Below, piece by piece: positions 61,201 through 64,000 of a DNA stretch of 64,000 bases (the first letter of the stretch is position 1; each line of letters opens with the position of its first letter). The notes under the pieces are model-generated. The model was not told the DNA's origin, ran no database searches, and saw only the letters and a list, made by a program, of their open reading frames with translations. The stretch is taken from NCBI GenBank assembly GCA_963815355.1, contig CAWFGJ010000004.1, positions 39,098-103,097 of the forward strand, in the 5' to 3' direction. A program made the translations under genes and the position numbers. The stretch comes from an uncultured Alphaproteobacteria bacterium. Lineage in GTDB: Bacteria; Pseudomonadota; Alphaproteobacteria; Rhodobacterales; Rhodobacteraceae.

Positions 61201-63995
61201 GGCAAACCATCGCCACGATGGCTGGTTCGGTCGGAAACAGCACAGGCACCCAAACGGTCAACCTGACCGCGGCGCAGATCGGGGCACATTCTGCGATCCG
61301 CTTTGCAACGGTGAACGCATGGGAGAACGGCGAGAACTTCTATGTAGACAACGTGAACATCGCCTTCAGCGGGCCGGGCGCACCGGGCAACAACTATATC
61401 GCCACCTTTGACGAAGACGGTGCGTCCGTGGCGATATCTTCGGGCGCTATCGTCACTGACGCGGATAGCCCGCTTCTGCTTTCCGCGACGATTACCCTGA
61501 CCAACGCCCAGCCCGGCGATGCGCTGAACGTAGGCGCGCTTCCCGCTGGCATGTCGTCCATCCTTGATACATCGGCCTCGGGCAAGGTAACCCTTTACCT
61601 CGTGGGCATGATGTCAACGGCCGCCTATCAGCAGGCGATCAACGCTGTGCGCTACGTCAGCACCTCGCAGAACCCCAATCCGGTTCCCGGTGCGTCGCCG
61701 CGGGTGATCGAGGTGTCCGTTTATGATGGTCAGGTTGACAGCAACGTCGCCACCACCTCGGTGACGGTCAACGCGATCAACGACGCGCCGAATGCGACGA
61801 ATGACACCATACTGACCAACATTTCCGGGGGCAGCCCGATTGTTGTGCCGGAATGGGCGCTGATGGCCAACGATACCGATCCTGACAGCGCGACGGACAT
61901 CACGGCGGTCGGCGGCGCTAACGGGGTCGGGTCGCTCTCCCTCGCCACCAATGCGGGGTCAGTGACCTTTGTCGATACCACCCCTCTAGGCGGGTCCTTC
62001 AGCTACACGTTAAGCGACGGGTCGCTGACCGATACGGCCACGGCGACCGTGCTGGCCAACAACACTGCAAGCGATACGTTCAGCGCGACTTCCTATTCCA
62101 ATAACAACGGTGCCGCAAATTGGGCCGGAAACTGGACGGAAATCAACGACGGCGGCGGCAACGGCGGTGCCAGCGGCGGCGATATTGACATCAACAACAA
62201 CCGACTGCGCTTTGGCAGCGGCACCGACGGTGACGAGTCGATCTCTCGTGCCATCGACCTGACCGGTGCCACGGCCGCAACGCTCAGCTTTAACTGGGAA
62301 GAAGACGACCGCGACGCCGGCGAGGACGTCATTGTTCAAGCCTTCAACGGCACGACCTGGGACACCATCGGGACCATGGCGGGCAGCGCCAACAACGGCA
62401 CCGGCACCTTTACAGCGACGCTTACAACCGCACAGATCGGCGCCCATTCGGCCATCCGCTTTGCGACGGCTGGAAGCTGGGGGGCTGGGGAAAACTTCTA
62501 CGTCGACAATGTCAGCATCGCCTTCACGCGTCCGGGTCTTTTCGGGTTGGCGGGCAACCAGATCCTTGTCGGCGACGGTTTGGGAACCATGCTGGGCGGG
62601 GGGCTCGGCAATGACATTGTCCTTGCCGGTGGCGGAGACGATTCAATTGGCTGGAATGCAAACTCCGGCGTCCATGACGGGCACGACTTTGTGGATGGTG
62701 GCACTGGCACGGACACCTTCACAATCTACGGCAACGACGAAGACGAGACCTACCGTGTCTTCTCACTTGCCGCAGCCTTGGCAGCCGGTCTGACCAACTT
62801 CAGGGCGGACGCCGAAATCGTTATCACGCGGAATATTGCAGGTGCAGCCGCGACCAACGCCGATATCGTCGCTGAACTGGACAGCATCGAAGAAATCGTG
62901 ATCAACACCGGCGCGGGCACGGATGTGGTAAGCGTTCATGGCGATTTCACGCCCACCAGCCTGTTCTACAACACGATCCGCGTGAATGGGACCGACGGCG
63001 ACGCGGTGGACCTGAACAGCCTTCAATCCGCACATCGTGTGCTGCTTGATACCGGTGACGGGCCGCAACAGGCCGTAAACCCCAACTTTGCACCTGTGCC
63101 CTCTGGTGGCGGCGCAAGCTTGGGCGGGGGCGGGACGGAAGCGCCTTCGACCGGTTCGCCGCAAGGCTCCTCCACTTCGGACGTGGCTTTGGGGAACGCT
63201 GAGGACGAGGTTTTGATCGGCACCGATGCCGCCGACACGATCCTTGGGCGCGGCGGGAATGACACTGTCTTTGGCGGCGCCGGAAACGACAACGTCATGG
63301 GCGGAAGCGGCGAGGACATGCTGTTCGGGGATAACGGGGCTGACCGCATCTTTGGCAACGAAGGGTCCGACTTTATCAGCGGCGGTCAGGGCAATGATCT
63401 GGTGTTCGGTGGCACAGGCGATGACCGTTTCGTAGCTGAAGCCGGCGACGGCAACGATAGCTACTACGGCAACCAACCGGGCCAATCCGGAGGCGTCGAC
63501 ACCTTGGACATGTCGGCAATCACGGCCAACATCAGCGCCAATCTTGGCGGGGGTCTGATGGGCCGGGGGGCGGTCTACAGCAGCGAAACCGGAAGCGACA
63601 CGCTCTGGAACGTGTCCAACATCATCACCGGGGCTGGGGATGACGTCATCATCGCAAACAACGCGGTCAATATTATTGATGGCGGTAGCGGCAATGACAT
63701 CTTCCGCTTCGAAAGCGCCAGCGCGGCCAACGGTGATACGATCGCTACCTTCCAACCCGGCGATAAGATCGACCTGAGCGGCATGGATGCGAACACTGAT
63801 CTTGCCGGTGCCCAGACCTTCACCCTCGTGACAGGCGCCTTCAGCGGGTCTGGTCAGTTGATGGTCTCGCAAGAAACGCAGGGAGGCGAAATGGTCACGA
63901 TTGTGACGGGCAATCTTGGCGGCGGGGCAGAGGCCGATTTCCGGCTTAGCATCAACGGCGCGCATAGCCTCACCGCAACGGACTTCGTTCTTTGA
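55206..63995 (+). CDS. Giant secreted heme peroxidase-RTX protein (2,929 aa; peroxidase-cyclooxygenase superfamily, peroxicin-like)
   Basis: The ATG at 55206 lies 9 nt after GGGGGAG. Peroxidase motifs are RTVDGSLNNL, FFGQFFDHGLDL (distal His), GDGRGNEN and YRFGHSML (proximal His). Several GGxGxD nonapeptide blocks, cadherin-like modules and a C-terminal DKIDLSGMDAN...GAQTFTL segment typical of type I secretion substrates are present. Confidence 0.9.
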   Translation: MATSFRVNEADLTFILRQIKIAEAHSGGISLTQAIQNEFGLSPSDANLVPFGLRTVDGSLNNLAPGQENFGAAGQPFPRLLDPQFLNDTDGDQIDLDGPGGMPPVQQGDYGQPSNVIDADPRTISNLIVNQTVDNPAALYAALKLAGITGIAATAAVAAIQSAHGAHQNAQTALIVAQAQYDAALSDVYAGPSLLADLSADLATTAQAMISALGASFFVGATVDATDMTNLGNAVAAAEAASIAAQDVVASLAGLPEEATAQAIATNSASLLASLQLLQANTTLGEPVDFGEEIAAVFAANGAASGLVSDTTALTGTLAGMISGAIDLPTATANLAAATAAVATTHANYTGVLESNGVVVGADGGVEIPNLSPDIGLSPSFNAWMTFFGQFFDHGLDLVTKSGNGTVYIPLEPDDPLITHGPDGIAGSGDEVPPHLAFMAVTRAAVDANGNAENTTTPFVDQNQTYTSHPSHQVFLRAFTRVDIGDGNGMVTRATGGLLDGGTGVGSLHGAPANWGEVKDQAQSMLGIKLNDFDVHSAPLLLTDAYGEFIPGAHGYAQLVMQPDANHSGVWLQEGNPDGSVTTAGAYTTGHAFLNDIAHHAAPGMYDSDGDHIPDAQQVADSDPGVGDDHNGATYDDEMLNAHFITGDGRGNENIALTTVHSVFHSEHNRLLEANKATILESAADGDLSFLNEWLLVDVATVPTDLSTLIWDGERLFQASRFVTEMQYQHLVFEEFARRIQPAVDPFVFTHSPDVDAAIVAEFAHTVYRFGHSMLTDTVDRLDNGLNPVNGDSDQVTLIEAFLNPQMFMASGANLDEVIGNIVRGTTRDIGNEMDEFVVPALQSNLLGLPLDLAAINIARGRETGIPSLNEARAQFYEDYGLADLKPYTSWLDFAQHIKNPASIINFIAAYGTHPLITGEATLEGMRGAAMALVTGVDQTLSDGRVIAATTAQDRAAFLNATGAYATPALGGMNNIDFWIGGLAEELNEFGGMLGSTFNLVFEFQMERLQTGDRFYYLSRTQGTNLLNQLEPNTFTDLVMRNSSLGDIYSTHLSASLFMTPDNIFELDRGIAQTDYNPDDPTSIDPIHDDPFLQLIDPRVVRDYAGASQIEVNGVMHDVGGLLKYSGGEHVVLGGTEGNDTLLGDKGIDALWGDGGNDYLNAGMESDNVFGGAGDDIIEDPFGDDVLRGEEGNDVISAGSGLDLIFGGAGQDYIILGMDDKEAFGGEGNDFMLGGTGNEFLLGGEGDDWIEGGNGFDVIAGDNTELFFNSSIVGHDVAWGQQNDQDYDLESGDDIALSGPGIQRFEGMFGFDWASGKYDSAGVKFDFAIPIFTTITADILKDRFDQVEAASGWIYDDVLDGDDRGHINGGSSAPDSVPTELFRDHLLTQEGIDRIAGLHEWFGSMDGTDARQTLFGGPSAIPGSAPVSTYRDGNILMGGGGSDFLRGRGGYDLLDGDAWLNVRIKIVHNGVTYSAESLSTDTTVAGPHAGLVFNTNPDGSTNFDSPAFGGRSLNALVLDGTINPGNMSIIREILYDQNPENSIDTAVFQGTFAEYEIEGSVDLNGDGDFNDAGEFTGAVDVDGDGFISVRDRDTGTIGATVDGVTLSSRGALTDDRDLLKNIEQLQFADRIVPIAGNNQLATGTVTINDDTPFGGLVTPYVGQVLTATLSNFSDADGIPLAPNGLPVGLTFEWQTTEIGSNAGWATIQTSTTYTVRSVDPGHALRAVAVFKDSKGVTERINSAATDNPTAAYSVAENSATGTVVGLQIPFSVDYDAQPINGQPPADVDLTTLYHEIDPANDAGGRFTVISNGVDFNGFPRYSLVVAQGGPGALNYEAGVHTTANQSHQFIDNQYQVVINTYDAPGGTLVAVRQFTVLLNNVEPELVAIAPVLDLSGSSSGNVRDDFSPAGYAGNDGSANWAGNWIETNDTGNNGGAGGGDIDVNGGRLRFGESTDGNEIITRGVNLSGATAATLSFDWQEDDRDTDEDLLIQAFDGSTWQTIATMAGSVGNSTGTQTVNLTAAQIGAHSAIRFATVNAWENGENFYVDNVNIAFSGPGAPGNNYIATFDEDGASVAISSGAIVTDADSPLLLSATITLTNAQPGDALNVGALPAGMSSILDTSASGKVTLYLVGMMSTAAYQQAINAVRYVSTSQNPNPVPGASPRVIEVSVYDGQVDSNVATTSVTVNAINDAPNATNDTILTNISGGSPIVVPEWALMANDTDPDSATDITAVGGANGVGSLSLATNAGSVTFVDTTPLGGSFSYTLSDGSLTDTATATVLANNTASDTFSATSYSNNNGAANWAGNWTEINDGGGNGGASGGDIDINNNRLRFGSGTDGDESISRAIDLTGATAATLSFNWEEDDRDAGEDVIVQAFNGTTWDTIGTMAGSANNGTGTFTATLTTAQIGAHSAIRFATAGSWGAGENFYVDNVSIAFTRPGLFGLAGNQILVGDGLGTMLGGGLGNDIVLAGGGDDSIGWNANSGVHDGHDFVDGGTGTDTFTIYGNDEDETYRVFSLAAALAAGLTNFRADAEIVITRNIAGAAATNADIVAELDSIEEIVINTGAGTDVVSVHGDFTPTSLFYNTIRVNGTDGDAVDLNSLQSAHRVLLDTGDGPQQAVNPNFAPVPSGGGASLGGGGTEAPSTGSPQGSSTSDVALGNAEDEVLIGTDAADTILGRGGNDTVFGGAGNDNVMGGSGEDMLFGDNGADRIFGNEGSDFISGGQGNDLVFGGTGDDRFVAEAGDGNDSYYGNQPGQSGGVDTLDMSAITANISANLGGGLMGRGAVYSSETGSDTLWNVSNIITGAGDDVIIANNAVNIIDGGSGNDIFRFESASAANGDTIATFQPGDKIDLSGMDANTDLAGAQTFTLVTGAFSGSGQLMVSQETQGGEMVTIVTGNLGGGAEADFRLSINGAHSLTATDFVL
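55365..58270 (+). other. Animal-heme-peroxidase-type catalytic domain of the giant protein
   Basis: Spans from RTVDGSLNNL to DRFYYLSRTQG. Distal His codon at 56385-56387, Arg/Glu pair at 57153-57164, proximal His codon at 57519-57521. Confidence 0.85.
58605..58994 (+). repeat. RTX (hemolysin-type calcium-binding) nonapeptide block 1
   Basis: GGTEGNDTLLGDKGIDALWGDGGNDYLNAG...GGAGDDII...GEEGNDVISAGSGLD...GGEGDDWIEGGNGFDVIAGDN. Confidence 0.85.
60915..61367 (+). repeat. 151-aa uncharacterised module, copy 1 (giant protein aa 1904-2054)
   Basis: Aligns without gaps to copy 2 (102/151 identical by hand count). Shared strings are NWAGNW, GGDID, RLRFG, GATAATLSF, EDDRD, TMAGS, AQIGAHSAIRFAT and GENFYVDNV. 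Confidence 0.8.
62073..62525 (+). repeat. 151-aa uncharacterised module, copy 2 (giant protein aa 2290-2440)
   Basis: See copy 1. It has the same length and is in frame. Divergence at the DNA level is clear, so the duplication is old. Confidence 0.8.
63219..63710 (+). repeat. C-terminal RTX nonapeptide blocks
   Basis: GTDAADTILGRGGNDTVFGGAGNDNVMGGSGEDMLFGDNGADRIFGNEGSDFISGGQGNDLVFGGTGDD...GAGDDVII...GGSGNDIFRF. Confidence 0.85.
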
Positions 63996-64000
63996 GCAGA

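Noticed and set aside
55633-63965. Several 200-640 aa minus-strand ORFs inside the giant peroxidase-RTX gene
   Set aside because: These are shadow frames of a GC-rich, repeat-rich gene. The plus-strand frame carries unmistakable peroxidase and RTX motifs along its entire length.
1-64000. CRISPR arrays, IS elements, integrases, toxin-antitoxin pairs or known defence operons
   Set aside because: Reading both strands and the ORF track, I found no repeat-spacer arrays. I also found no transposase or integrase motifs, no small paired ORFs with TA-like features, and no nuclease/ATPase/methylase clusters beyond housekeeping addAB.

Overview
GC-rich alphaproteobacterial chromosome segment. Gene content and order look Rhodobacterales-like: regB-senC-regA-hvrA...ahcY as in Rhodobacter. 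About 53 kb is tightly packed housekeeping DNA around the chromosomal replication origin, in this order: mutS (3' part), grpE-hrcA, rph-rdgB-ridA-hemW, parB-parA-rsmG-mnmG-mnmE-rho-hemJ (all minus strand), a 424-bp gene-free gap with a DnaA-box cluster (oriC candidate), maf-aroE-coaE-dnaQ (all plus strand), secB, fxsA, a Tim44-like gene, mltA, smr, a short modE-like gene with modABC, a DUF900 lipoprotein, hslVU, trxA, addAB, murU/amgK-like genes, tsaE, a kinase-less multi-PAS gene, regB/senC/regA/hvrA-like, HD and GT8 genes, ahcY, several small DUF genes, gpsA, tsaD, hemD, a Mic60-like gene and a hemY-like gene. Three parS palindromes (TGTTTCACGTGAAACA) lie 3-9 kb left of the origin, around parAB. 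A tRNA-Thr(CGU) at 52996-53071 marks the change to looser, accessory-looking DNA. That part holds a 250-aa membrane protein, about 1 kb without a convincing gene, and one 8.8-kb gene for a 2,929-aa protein. The giant protein has an animal-type heme peroxidase domain with a large Ala-rich insertion, RTX calcium-binding repeat blocks, cadherin/Ig-like modules, a gap-free internal duplication of a 151-aa uncharacterised module, and a type-I-secretion-style C terminus. Perfect CtrA-type boxes (TTAA-N7-TTAAC) lie upstream of both the giant gene and the PAS gene. I saw no CRISPR array, IS element, integrase or recognisable defence operon. The giant secreted peroxidase locus is the most unusual thing here. 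The many long antisense ORFs in the track are GC-rich shadow frames.
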